Origin: Patescibacteria group bacterium
GTDB taxonomy: Bacteria; Patescibacteriota; Minisyncoccia; Phycocordibacterales; Phycocordibacteraceae
Direction: 5' to 3'
DNA: 64,000 nt
Assembly (NCBI GenBank): GCA_038064695.1
Contig: JBBTSO010000004.1
Coordinates: forward strand, 114,165-178,164
Shown here: positions 1 to 9,230 of the stretch, one piece after another
Layout of the letters: every line of letters starts with the position of its first letter
Position numbering within the stretch: the stretch's first letter is position 1
Notes under the pieces: model-generated
Database searches by the model: none
What the model saw: only the letters and a program-made list of their open reading frames with translations
Told to the model about the DNA's origin: nothing
Made by a program: the position numbers and the translations under genes

Positions 1-2064
1 TGAGGTGGTGAGGATAGTGTAGAGCGTGTACTGGCGTGACAATTTTGCTTCCGCGTCACTGCCTTGAAGAATTGGTTTTGATTCCTCCAAAATTTTGTCA
101 GCGACTTCACCCCACACGTAGTGATAGGTCTTTTCTGCGGCGAGGTAGAGTTGATACTTTTCAAACTCGCTCGTAATGTCAGCAGTTTGTGTGACGAGGC
201 CATCCAGTATTTCCTGGTCGCGCTTTGTTAGTGCTGGCTGTGTAGAGAGATCAACCCCCTCGGCATTTTCAAGAGCGAAGCGGGTAATGTTCCAGAGCTT
301 GTTAGCAAAGTGTTTGTATCCTTTTACTTTTTGCTCGTCAAAGTTAATGTCGTTTCCAATGGCCACTCCTACCAAAAGTCCCATACGCACGGCGTCAGCG
401 CCGTATTTTTCAATGAGGTCGAGCGGGTCAATGCCGTTGCCGAGCGACTTGCTAAACTTTCTTCCTGACTTGTCGCGCACCAGTCCATGAATCATGACGG
501 TTTTAAAAGGCACTTGGCCAAGGTGGAAAGCGCTCATCAAAATCATACGTGACACCCACAAGGGAAGAATTTCATAGGCAGGGGACATAAAGGCCGTGGG
601 ATGGAAGGTTTTTAGGTCTTTTGTTTTTTCAGGCCAACCCAACGTTGAAAACGTCCAGAGTGCAGACGAAAACCACGTGTCCAACACGTCAGGATCCTGG
701 TTCCAGTCCGCTCCAGGGGATGCAACCTGCACTTTTATCTCGTCACCTTTGTACCAAACAGGAATGCGGTGCCCAAACCAAATTTGGCGAGAAATGCACC
801 AATCGTGGAGATTTTTAATCCAGTTGAAGTATGTTTTTCTGAATCGTTCTTGCGGCATTGAAACTGCACCACTTTCTACTGCGGCAAACATAACCTCTTT
901 CAGGGTGACAGTGGATCCGCTCTCAATCCCTGGAATTTCAGAGTGGGGGATGGTAAATGGTTTATCAACTGCTACAAACCATTGTTCAAGTATTTGAGGC
1001 TCTATGGTCGCTCCCGTTCTTTCTGAAGTGGCGATGTTGTGAACGTACTGTTCATCAATTTTTACCACCAGACCTTTTGCGGCAAGTTTTTCAACGATTT
1101 TTTCGCGCGCTTCAAGAATTTTCATCCCCGCAAATTCTCCGGCAACAGGAAGCAATTTTCCGTATGTATCAATAATCTGTTCTTTGTCTAAGTGATGGCG
1201 CTCCGCAATTTCAAAGTCCACGACTGAGTGCCAGGGAGTAATGGTCATCGCACCAGTGCCTATCTCGGGGTCAGACGCTTCGTCTTTTATTACCGTTGCC
1301 GTGATGGGGCCGTTGATCCACTCCAACTCAATTTGTTGTCCGTGAGAAAACTCTGCGTACCGGGGGTCGGTAGGGTGTACCACAACGTACTTGTCGCCGA
1401 ACTTTGTTTCAGGTCGGGCGGTGCCGATGACAAATGGTCCGTATTGAAAATAGTAAAATTTTGCTTTTTCTTCTTGGTAGACAATTTCATCGTCTGAAAT
1501 GGTGGTTTGTCCTTTGGGATCCCAATTCACAATGCGATGTCCTCGGTAAATGAGCCCCGCTTCATACATTTTTACAAACGCTGTAAAGACCGCGCGGTTT
1601 CGTGTGTCGTCCATCGTGTAGGCGTAGCGCGACCAATCTAAGGATGCACCCATTTTTTTCACCTGATTTAAGATGGTGTTCTCGCTTGCCTTTGCGAATT
1701 CGGATACTCGTAAAACGAGTTCTTCGCGACCAAGGTCGTGACGCGATTTACCTTCTGTTTTTTGAATATCTTTCTCAACGCGTGCCTGTGTGGCAATAGC
1801 AGCGCTGTCGGTACCGGGGATCCAGAGCGTTTTTTTTCCGCGCATGCGTTGGTAGCGTACGACGGCGTCTTGAAGTGAATCTTCGTACGCGTGGCCCATG
1901 TGAAGAATACCGGTGACGTTCGGCGGGGGAAGCACTACGGTGTAGGGCTCAGTTCGTTCACCAGGTAATCTGTCCGGGTTAAAGTACCCACTCTCTTCCC
2001 AGAGTGTGTATATCCGATCTTCGGTCTCGTTAGGGTTGTACGGTTTTAAAAATTTAAGATCCAT
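1..2064 (-). CDS. valS: Valine--tRNA ligase (class I aaRS), 5'-truncated at window edge (start codon at 2064, runs off position 1)
   Basis: Own translation of the minus strand from the ATG at 2062-2064: MDLKFLKPYNPNETEDRIYTLWEE..PPPNVTGILHMGHA (HIGH-type motif) and ..KFSKSLGN (KMSKS motif). Long editing-domain insertion typical of ValRS. Not in the ORF track because no stop lies inside the window. Confidence 0.9.
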   Translation of the reverse strand, partial: MDLKFLKPYNPNETEDRIYTLWEESGYFNPDRLPGERTEPYTVVLPPPNVTGILHMGHAYEDSLQDAVVRYQRMRGKKTLWIPGTDSAAIATQARVEKDIQKTEGKSRHDLGREELVLRVSEFAKASENTILNQVKKMGASLDWSRYAYTMDDTRNRAVFTAFVKMYEAGLIYRGHRIVNWDPKGQTTISDDEIVYQEEKAKFYYFQYGPFVIGTARPETKFGDKYVVVHPTDPRYAEFSHGQQIELEWINGPITATVIKDEASDPEIGTGAMTITPWHSVVDFEIAERHHLDKEQIIDTYGKLLPVAGEFAGMKILEAREKIVEKLAAKGLVVKIDEQYVHNIATSERTGATIEPQILEQWFVAVDKPFTIPHSEIPGIESGSTVTLKEVMFAAVESGAVSMPQERFRKTYFNWIKNLHDWCISRQIWFGHRIPVWYKGDEIKVQVASPGADWNQDPDVLDTWFSSALWTFSTLGWPEKTKDLKTFHPTAFMSPAYEILPLWVSRMILMSAFHLGQVPFKTVMIHGLVRDKSGRKFSKSLGNGIDPLDLIEKYGADAVRMGLLVGVAIGNDINFDEQKVKGYKHFANKLWNITRFALENAEGVDLSTQPALTKRDQEILDGLVTQTADITSEFEKYQLYLAAEKTYHYVWGEVADKILEESKPILQGSDAEAKLSRQYTLYTILTTS

Positions 2065-2127
2065 AGCAAAAAAGTATCAATTCATCATAACACTTATGGC
2101 TTTTTCTAAAAACTCGTGACCGTTGCG

Positions 2128-2155
2128 TTGATTATGAGAGGTGGCGGAGTATACT
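2128..2155 (+). promoter_or_regulatory. Sigma70-like promoter candidate TTGATT-16-TATACT upstream of the 2208 ORF
   Basis: Hexamers read directly from the sequence. Spacing and distance to the start codon are plausible. Confidence 0.3.
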
Positions 2156-2207
2156 GGGAAAGTGTCCGCCCTCAGGACGGGCTTCTCTTACTTCCTAAAA
2201 AACATCT

Positions 2208-2582
2208 ATGATTCATTCAATACGTGCTTTGGGAGTGACCGCTCTTTTCGCGCTCCTTATGTTTGTTCTCTTTGCTTCACCTACGTTTGCAAAGGGTGTA
2301 GTGGGCGAAACCTTTAGCTCGGCAACGCCAGGAACCGTTGGAGGTTTCATTTCAGGTGGCATTTATGGCAATACGTCTAATCCTTCTGGGAACGGAAGCG
2401 GAGTACTCCCTTCGTGGGCTCCGGGACCATGGGTGTGTGACTATAATCCAGGATGTGATGGGCCAACTAACCCCAGAGGATCTATGGGTGACTTTCTTGC
2501 CCCACTTGCCTCAAACGGATCTGCATCTCCTGATTTTGCCAACGGGAATGATCAGGACATAGACTTCTCACTTCACCACTAG
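2208..2582 (+). CDS. Small secreted Gly/Asn/Pro-rich protein of unknown function
   Basis: N-terminal signal peptide (MIHSIRALGVTALFALLMFVLFASPTFA), two Cys residues, followed by an intrinsic terminator. Confidence 0.5.
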   Translation: MIHSIRALGVTALFALLMFVLFASPTFAKGVVGETFSSATPGTVGGFISGGIYGNTSNPSGNGSGVLPSWAPGPWVCDYNPGCDGPTNPRGSMGDFLAPLASNGSASPDFANGNDQDIDFSLHH

Positions 2583-2601
2583 AGTTTCTTTAGTGGAACG
2601 C

Positions 2602-2630
2602 AAAACCCCGCGTATGCGGGGTTTTTGTTT
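2602..2630. terminator. Rho-independent terminator (AAAACCCCGCG-TAT-GCGGGGTTTTT)
   Basis: GC stem flanked by an A-tract and a T-tract, so potentially bidirectional. Confidence 0.6.
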
Positions 2631-2675
2631 GGACGACTTTCTAAAATAAAAGACGATTTTTCCTACAGCACTTTT

Positions 2676-2747
2676 GTCCTTTATAAAGGACAAAATTTTA
2701 AGTTTGTTTTTCTTCACATTCTGACAAAGTTGTCCTTTATAAAAGAC
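2676..2747. promoter_or_regulatory. Two copies of a 16-bp palindrome (GTCCTTTATAAAGGAC at 2676-2691; GTCCTTTATAAAAGAC at 2732-2747) in the AT-rich leader of the giant surface-protein gene
   Basis: Perfect palindrome read directly from the sequence. The first copy extends to a 24-bp palindrome TTTTGTCCTTTATAAAGGACAAAA. The second copy, 56 bp downstream, has one mismatch. Sits 140-210 bp upstream of the ATG at 2886. Confidence 0.45.
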
Positions 2748-2885
2748 ATTTTAATTTTACCTTTTAAAATATGGATTTTCTCTAGAAAAAACTATTGCTT
2801 TTCTGTAACAATCGTGGTACTTTCCGCATTAGAAATGCACCGTCGTCGGAGCTTTCATTACTTAACTACAACTTAATACAAACTC

Positions 2886-5800
2886 ATGAATTCAACAGGT
2901 TTCTATGGAGTCTCAAAGTGGCACAAAGCCCTTTCCGCTTCATTGACCGCGTTCGCGCTTGTTCTCTCAAGTGTGGCGCCTTTACTCGCGTTCCCGCAAG
3001 TTGCACATGCCGTGGCTGATCCGAGTTCGTTCTACGAAGTAACCGGGTCTATAGATTCCATTATCGGACAGACACTCAATATTTCAGGGACTGCAAAAGG
3101 TGATCCACAGAAAGGCGCAGACGGTACTCAACATATGGCAGTCGACTGGGATGAAGATCAAGATGGTGATCCAACCACAGGTTTAAGCCAATGGGGGATT
3201 GATGGTTTGACCTTCACACCAGTGTTCAGTGACTGTTATGACCACAGTACATGTTTTTTAGATAGTCACTGGACTGCTTCACACTTATATAGTGCAGGTG
3301 GTTCGTATACGGTGAGCGTCATTGTTTACCACGGCAATACACCAGGAGAAGATGGTGACGCACTCTCGACTATCACGCTTGATGTCGAGATTCCTTCAAG
3401 TATTGGCGGTCTTATAGTCCAAAAAGTATTGGTTAATGATAACGGCGGAACAGTCGCAACATCTTCTTTTTCATTCCAAATTCCGGGGGTAAATGCTGGT
3501 AATCCTATTTTCTTTGAAGAAGACGGTTCAAACGAGTTTGTGCTCGAGGCCGGCTCTTATTCGGTGACGGAAGTTTCTACCCCTGGATATGGAGTTACCT
3601 ACAGTGCAGGTTGTACGGCGGGAGTTTCTGCAGGAGCAACGACGACGTGTACTATCACCAACAACGACCAGCCAGGTACGTTGATTGTGAAAAAAACGCT
3701 CACAAAAGATAATGGAAGCACTGCTAACTACGAAGATTTCGCGTTCCAAATGACCGGTGGCGCAACAACGACGTTTAATGTGAGTGGTGAAAATAGTATT
3801 TCAGTTGATGCGGGCACGTACTCGGTGGTAGAAGTTCAGGGTACCGAGCCTCTCTCTGGGTACACCACGTCGTACGACAACTGTTCAAACATATCAGTTG
3901 CAAACGGCGAAACTGAAATCTGTACAATCACAAACAACGACCTTCCTGCAAGCATTAAAATCTTTAAGGAAATTACTAATATCGAGGGACGAGGTCTAAA
4001 AACTGATCCTTCAGAATTTAGTTATTTCGTCGATCTTGAGCAGGTAATGCACGACGTTGCCGAGTTCTTTAACTTTAAGAGCACACCCTATGTCGTTACT
4101 GAAGAGGGAGCTGATGGATACAATGTTTCATTTGGCGGAAACTGTGCTTCTGACGGGTCACTCTCGGTGGCACTTGGTGGTTCATACACTTGTACAATCA
4201 CAAACACTCAAAAGGAACCCGGTGTATTGCATGTCATTAAAGTTGTTCAAAACGATAACGCTGAAGGTTTTGAAGGTACAGCCGTATCGGGCGATTTTAA
4301 CCTCAGTGTTTCAGGAGGAAACCCTGTTCCAGCATCATTTGCAGGATCAGCAGAAGGTGTTGATGTGGTCATTGATGCGGGTGCAAGTTACACGGTATCG
4401 GAAGATAGCTTTGCGGGATACCACCAGGTGTCTATGTCTGATGATTGTGAGGGGGTTATGCCTGAAGGAGGAGAGCGCACCTGTACGATCGTAAACAACG
4501 ACAATGTACCAGAGCAGGCGTACCTTACGGTAATGAAAACCATTACCAATGACAACGGTGGGCTAGTTGAAGACCAGGACGCGTGGACACTTACTGCTAC
4601 GAATAGCGAATCAGTAGTCACTCCCTTGTCTCATGGCTCTGCGGTGCTTGTTGATCCTCAGACGTATACGATTGGTGAAACCGGCGGCCCTGACGGGTAC
4701 GAACAAACTTCAGTTACGTGCTCGGTTGATGGGGGTAGCGAAGTAGCAGGAAATTCAGTTGTTGTGGAGGCTGGACACAGTTACGTTTGTACGATTACGA
4801 ACGACGACGTCGCCCCTTCATTGACGGTGGTTAAAGCACTTGATATTCAGTACGGTGGTACTGCTTCGGAATCTGATTGGACAGTTGGAGCTTCTGGTCC
4901 ATCAGTCATTTCAGGCGCAGGCAGCGTATCAAGCGGCGGCACCTTCCAAGCTGGGACTTATACGCTCTCTGAATCTGGCGGACCAGAGTCTGGTTACACC
5001 GCTGGCGAATGGTCTTGTAACAACGAGGTAGCTGTTGATGAAAATAATCAGATCACTCTTGCTCTTGGTGAAGAAACTACTTGTACGATCACAAATTACG
5101 ACCTTCCAGGAACACTCTATGTCATTAAAAATGTCATTAACGACAACGGCGGTGAAGCAGATCCTTCAGACTTCACTATGTATGTTGATGGAACTGACGT
5201 TTCAGATGAGTCGTTCCCAGGAACTGACGAGGAGCCAGGGTATTTGGTTACGTTGGATGCAGGAGCATACAGCGTTTCTGAAGATGGTCCAAGCGGGTAC
5301 GGCATGACCGCTTCTGAAGAATGTTCAGGTGAAATTGCAAACGGTGAAACAAAAGTGTGTACATTGACTAACGACGACGGGAAAGCAACTCTCACAATTG
5401 CAAAATACACTGAAGGCGCTGACGGATCATTCACGATTTCTGTGACGGGCCAGGAAGACATAACTCTTGCCACGGAACAGGGATTTGCTTCAGCATCGCT
5501 CGCGCTTGATGCTGGAACGTATGATGTTACTGAACTTGTTCCAACAGGATGGACACTTTCATCTTCGTACTGTGAGTACGACAATGAAGAGGAGGTTGGT
5601 GAACCAGCACAAAACGGAGAAACAGTTACTCTTGGTGTTGGTGCTGATGTTACCTGTTCGTTCTACAACTACGCAACCGGTGCGGACCTCTCCATTGAAA
5701 AATCAGTTGATGATGCAACGCCTGACGCAGATCAAACATTGCAGTTCACATTGACGGTTACAAACTCCGGTCCTGCCACTGCCAACAACGTGTCAGTACT

Positions 5801-6497
5801 TGATGCGCTACCTTCTGGTTTGACGTACGTTTCTGACGACAGCGAAGGTGAGTACTCAACCACTACGGGCGCGTGGACGGTAGGCTCGCTCCTTGACGGA
5901 GAGTCAGCGACACTAGTCATAACGGCTACCGTGAGTGCTTCAGCCGGGCAAACGGTGGTAAACACTGCTTCCGTATCGTTTGAAGACGAAGGTGTTTCAG
6001 ATTACGTAGAAGAAAATAACGATGACGAAATTTCAGTTACTGTAAACACTCCATCAGGTGGCGGAGGTGGTGGATCAACTCCTCCTCCACCAGTTCTTGG
6101 TGGCGGTATTACGGGCCTCGGTGGCGGCTCAGTACTCGGTGCTTCAACCGTGGGTCAAGTCTTGGGTGAAAGCTGTGGTCTGTTTATGGACCAGTACCTA
6201 CGACGTGGCAATGCTAAAAACCGCGCTGACCAAGTAACGAAACTCCAGGAATTCTTGGTCAAACACGGATACGGAACCTTTACTCCAACAGGATTCTTTG
6301 GTCCATTGACCGAAGGTGCAGTTAAAGCATTCCAAGCTGAGTACGCTCAAAACGTGCTCGCGCCGTGGGGACTTTCAGCTCCAACGGGGCTTGCATACCT
6401 AACGACGCTCCGCCAGTTGAACCTCATTGAATGTCCTGAACTTTCACTCACCATCCCCGAGTTGGTAGAGTGGAGCAGAAACCCTGCAGTTCAGTAA
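2886..6497 (+). CDS. Giant (1203 aa) cell-surface protein: signal peptide, about 9 tandem ~100-aa Ig-like repeats each ending C-T-I-T-N-(N)-D, a DUF11-type repeat, a poly-Gly/Pro linker and a C-terminal peptidoglycan-binding domain
   Basis: Repeats show the recurring pattern PGxL.V.K....DNGG .. AG.YxVxE .. GY .. C .. NGE..CTITNND. DUF11-like segment LQFTLTVTNSGPATANNVSVLDALPSGLTYVSDDS. Linker PSGGGGGGSTPPPPVLGGGITGLGGGS. PG_binding_1-like C-terminus (LQEFLVKHGYGTFTPTGFFGPLTEGAVKAFQ). Confidence 0.85.
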   Translation: MNSTGFYGVSKWHKALSASLTAFALVLSSVAPLLAFPQVAHAVADPSSFYEVTGSIDSIIGQTLNISGTAKGDPQKGADGTQHMAVDWDEDQDGDPTTGLSQWGIDGLTFTPVFSDCYDHSTCFLDSHWTASHLYSAGGSYTVSVIVYHGNTPGEDGDALSTITLDVEIPSSIGGLIVQKVLVNDNGGTVATSSFSFQIPGVNAGNPIFFEEDGSNEFVLEAGSYSVTEVSTPGYGVTYSAGCTAGVSAGATTTCTITNNDQPGTLIVKKTLTKDNGSTANYEDFAFQMTGGATTTFNVSGENSISVDAGTYSVVEVQGTEPLSGYTTSYDNCSNISVANGETEICTITNNDLPASIKIFKEITNIEGRGLKTDPSEFSYFVDLEQVMHDVAEFFNFKSTPYVVTEEGADGYNVSFGGNCASDGSLSVALGGSYTCTITNTQKEPGVLHVIKVVQNDNAEGFEGTAVSGDFNLSVSGGNPVPASFAGSAEGVDVVIDAGASYTVSEDSFAGYHQVSMSDDCEGVMPEGGERTCTIVNNDNVPEQAYLTVMKTITNDNGGLVEDQDAWTLTATNSESVVTPLSHGSAVLVDPQTYTIGETGGPDGYEQTSVTCSVDGGSEVAGNSVVVEAGHSYVCTITNDDVAPSLTVVKALDIQYGGTASESDWTVGASGPSVISGAGSVSSGGTFQAGTYTLSESGGPESGYTAGEWSCNNEVAVDENNQITLALGEETTCTITNYDLPGTLYVIKNVINDNGGEADPSDFTMYVDGTDVSDESFPGTDEEPGYLVTLDAGAYSVSEDGPSGYGMTASEECSGEIANGETKVCTLTNDDGKATLTIAKYTEGADGSFTISVTGQEDITLATEQGFASASLALDAGTYDVTELVPTGWTLSSSYCEYDNEEEVGEPAQNGETVTLGVGADVTCSFYNYATGADLSIEKSVDDATPDADQTLQFTLTVTNSGPATANNVSVLDALPSGLTYVSDDSEGEYSTTTGAWTVGSLLDGESATLVITATVSASAGQTVVNTASVSFEDEGVSDYVEENNDDEISVTVNTPSGGGGGGSTPPPPVLGGGITGLGGGSVLGASTVGQVLGESCGLFMDQYLRRGNAKNRADQVTKLQEFLVKHGYGTFTPTGFFGPLTEGAVKAFQAEYAQNVLAPWGLSAPTGLAYLTTLRQLNLIECPELSLTIPELVEWSRNPAVQ

Positions 6498-6511
6498 ATA
6501 TAAAAGAAGCT

Positions 6512-6545
6512 AAAACACCGCCTACATGGGCGGTGTTTTGTTTTG
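6512..6545. terminator. Rho-independent bidirectional terminator (AAAACACCGCC-TACATG-GGCGGTGTTTTGTTTTG)
   Basis: Stem nearly identical to the terminator at 7890-7923. Confidence 0.7.
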
Positions 6546-6572
6546 TGCAGTTGATGTAGACAACTAGAGTAT

Positions 6573-7436
6573 TTGGACTACACTAAGAGTATTAGTAATC
6601 ATATATTCTATTTCTCTATGTTCTTAAAAACACTCGCTTCTGTCTTTGTCTTCATATTTGTATTTTCTGTCAGCACGGGGGCGCAAGCATCGCACTCGTG
6701 GGGAAATTATCACTGGGCGCGCACCGTAAATCCGTTCACGCTTAAACTTGGAGACAACGTTACCTCCGCGTGGGACGCGTATCTCGCTGAAGCATCAAGT
6801 GATTGGAGCGCGTCATCGGTACTTGATACCACCGTCGTCACTGGTTTAACTAATGCAAAAAATTGTAAAGCGGTTACGGGGCGCGTTGAAGTCTGCAACT
6901 CAAAGTATGGGAATAATGGGTGGCTTGGCATTGCTTCAATTTCAATTAACAGCGCAAAGCACATTACCAAGGGGGTCGCAAAAATGAATGACACCTACTT
7001 CAACACTGCTTCCTACAACACGCCCGCGTGGCGGCACCTCGTGATGTGTCAGGAAATTGCTCACGTGTTTGGGCTTGATCACCAGGATGAAACATTTGAC
7101 AACGCAAACGTTGGGTCATGTATGGACTACACGAACGACCCTGATGGGGGAGCGGGAGGAGCAAGTGCTTCTGATCCATCAAACGAACACCCTAACGCGC
7201 ACGACTTTGCGCAACTTGAAACTATCTACGCGCACCTTGATTCGGGAACTACCATTGGCCAGACATTAATAGGAAAAGAGTTTGGGAAACTTGTTGCTTC
7301 TCTCAAGGGGGTAGAGGCGCACGAAGAGTACGGTGTTCCAGTTGGTTTTGAGCCGAGTGGCCGCGCCAACACCTTTAAGAAAGATTTTGAGGACGGATCG
7401 TCCGAAATCACGCACGTCTTCTGGCTTCCTGAGTAA
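6573..7436 (+). CDS. Secreted protein with a variant metzincin-like zinc-binding motif (QEIAHVFGLDH = xExxHxxGxxH, first His replaced by Gln)
   Basis: N-terminal signal/TM segment, then CQEIAHVFGLDHQDE aligned by eye to matrixin HExxHxxGxxH. Downstream SCMDYT could supply a Met-turn-like residue. The family assignment is tentative. Confidence 0.45.
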   Translation: MDYTKSISNHIFYFSMFLKTLASVFVFIFVFSVSTGAQASHSWGNYHWARTVNPFTLKLGDNVTSAWDAYLAEASSDWSASSVLDTTVVTGLTNAKNCKAVTGRVEVCNSKYGNNGWLGIASISINSAKHITKGVAKMNDTYFNTASYNTPAWRHLVMCQEIAHVFGLDHQDETFDNANVGSCMDYTNDPDGGAGGASASDPSNEHPNAHDFAQLETIYAHLDSGTTIGQTLIGKEFGKLVASLKGVEAHEEYGVPVGFEPSGRANTFKKDFEDGSSEITHVFWLPE

Positions 7437-7503
7437 CTACCACTTTACAAAAACACCTTCCATGCGGAGGGTGATTCCAAGGTATTGAATCATAACGGAA
7501 TAG

Positions 7504-7532
7504 TTGACAAAAAAATATCTATATATTATAAT
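7504..7532 (+). promoter_or_regulatory. Perfect consensus sigma70 promoter TTGACA-17-TATAAT
   Basis: TTGACA at 7504-7509, exactly 17-nt spacer, TATAAT at 7527-7532, about 35 bp upstream of the ORF starting at 7568. Confidence 0.65.
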
Positions 7533-7567
7533 CTTTTTTATTAACCCTTAAACAAGTTTTAAAAAAT

Positions 7568-7870
7568 ATGTCTAAAGATGTTTTTCCTCGCATAGTGGCA
7601 GGTGTGGTGGGTGGTGGTGGTTTATACTACTCTGCTGATAAGGTAGACCTTACTCGTGATTTTCAATTTCGGTTGGGCGCGTATAGAGATTCTGTAGTGA
7701 ATGGTGACATACGCCTCCCTGAAGACGATGCCCTCCAATCCTTACAATCTATGAACGATAGGTTGAATGTAGCAGAAAATGAGGTTTTACTCTACAGTGC
7801 TATGGTACTATTTTCTCTTGTTGCAATCGCATATGCAGTCGGTGTTGGGCGACAACGATCTTTCTCCTAA
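7568..7870 (+). CDS. Small (100 aa) protein with C-terminal transmembrane helix, unknown function
   Basis: ORF preceded by a consensus promoter and followed by a terminator. C-terminal hydrophobic helix LLYSAMVLFSLVAIAYAVGV. Confidence 0.5.
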   Translation: MSKDVFPRIVAGVVGGGGLYYSADKVDLTRDFQFRLGAYRDSVVNGDIRLPEDDALQSLQSMNDRLNVAENEVLLYSAMVLFSLVAIAYAVGVGRQRSFS

Positions 7871-7889
7871 AAAGAACTTTCTCTAAGCC

Positions 7890-7923
7890 AAAACACCGCC
7901 CATGTGGGCGGTGTTTTTGTTTG
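7890..7923. terminator. Rho-independent bidirectional terminator (AAAACACCGCC-CATGTG-GGCGGTGTTTTTGTTTG)
   Basis: Near-identical stem to the terminator at 6512. Member of a recurrent terminator design in this window. Confidence 0.7.
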
Positions 7924-7931
7924 ATAAAAAC

Positions 7932-7960
7932 TTGAAATTATGACGTAAATCTTGTATAGT
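7932..7960 (+). promoter_or_regulatory. Sigma70-like promoter TTGAAA-17-TATAGT upstream of the pilus ATPase gene
   Basis: Hexamers and 17-nt spacer read directly. About 50 bp upstream of the ATG at 8010. Confidence 0.5.
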
Positions 7961-8009
7961 GCTGATGAGAAATAGGAGGGTTTTTCCCCTACGTTGAGCC
8001 ATCAAAATC

Positions 8010-9230
8010 ATGATTGATACCACAGTTGAAAAGGAACTTGAGAAGGGCGCCGCTGCCTCCATCATCAACCTGGTTGATTGTCTTATTCGTCAGGCGCACT
8101 CAATGCGTGCTTCAGACATCCACATTGACCCAACCCAAAAAGAGGTCCGCATTCGCTTTCGCATTGACGGAGCGTTGCAGGAAATGTATGTCCTTCCCAA
8201 AACTATTCATCGTGAAGTGGTGTCGCGCGTAAAAATTATCGCAGGCCTGCGTATTGATGAACACAACGCCACCCAAGATGGTCGCTGTCGGCAAATTGTT
8301 GGCGACAACGAACACGACTGTGTAGACATTCGCATTTCTATTGCCCCTACGTACCATGGAGAAAACGTGGTGATGCGCCTCCTTTCAGACCGTGAGCAAC
8401 ATTTTTCACTAGACGCGCTCGGCTTTAGTGAAGGCGATCAGAAAAAAATAATGAAGGCGATTAAAAAGCCAACCGGAATGATTTTGGCAACCGGCCCCAC
8501 GGGGTCAGGAAAAACCACCACTCTCTACACACTGGTTAAAATGTTGAATGCCAAAGATATTTCTATCGTTACCTTGGAAGACCCCATTGAGTACGCCGTT
8601 GAAGGTATTGAACAAATTCAGGTGAACCCGTTTGTGGGGCTTACCTTTGCCAGCGGGCTTCGCTCACTGTTACGCCAAGATCCCGACATTATTATGGTGG
8701 GAGAAATTCGCGACCTGGAAACCGCCTCTATTGCCGTAAACACGGCGTTGACCGGCCACCTCCTACTTTCAACACTCCACACCAACGACGCGGCGACCAC
8801 GCTGCCACGACTTATGGAAATGCGCATTGAGCCGTACCTCGTTGCCTCCACGGTGTCTATTGCCATTGGCCAGCGCCTCGTTCGCCGACTGTGCGACAAG
8901 TGCAAAACACCGCATGAGTTTACCGAAGCAGAGCAGGTAGCGCTTTCAGATATTGTGACGGGGAGCACGATTCCCGTAGGGGCAAAGTTATTTAAAAGTG
9001 TTGGTTGTGAACACTGCAACAATACCGGCTTCAGAGGCCGTATTGGGGTTAACGAGGTGTTGGTGTCCGACGGGGAAGTGCGTGACGCAATTTTAAAGAA
9101 ATCGTCAGCAAAAGATATCCGCGACATTGCTATTCAAAACGGAATGACCACGATGCTTGAAGACGGATTCCAAAAAGTACAAAAAGGACTCACCACCGTA
9201 ACCGAGGTGCTCCGTGTCGTACATGAATAA
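8010..9230 (+). CDS. pilB: Type IV pilus / type II secretion assembly ATPase (GspE/PilB family), short form without the N-terminal domains
   Basis: Walker A GPTGSGKTT, Asp/His boxes, and a C-terminal tetracysteine motif (CDKC .. CEHC) that is typical of PilB/GspE rather than PilT. Confidence 0.9.
   Translation: MIDTTVEKELEKGAAASIINLVDCLIRQAHSMRASDIHIDPTQKEVRIRFRIDGALQEMYVLPKTIHREVVSRVKIIAGLRIDEHNATQDGRCRQIVGDNEHDCVDIRISIAPTYHGENVVMRLLSDREQHFSLDALGFSEGDQKKIMKAIKKPTGMILATGPTGSGKTTTLYTLVKMLNAKDISIVTLEDPIEYAVEGIEQIQVNPFVGLTFASGLRSLLRQDPDIIMVGEIRDLETASIAVNTALTGHLLLSTLHTNDAATTLPRLMEMRIEPYLVASTVSIAIGQRLVRRLCDKCKTPHEFTEAEQVALSDIVTGSTIPVGAKLFKSVGCEHCNNTGFRGRIGVNEVLVSDGEVRDAILKKSSAKDIRDIAIQNGMTTMLEDGFQKVQKGLTTVTEVLRVVHE

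Noticed and set aside
5117-5584. 155-aa minus-strand ORF inside the giant adhesin gene
   Set aside because: Shadow ORF. The plus-strand frame carries the repeated CTITNND domain pattern.
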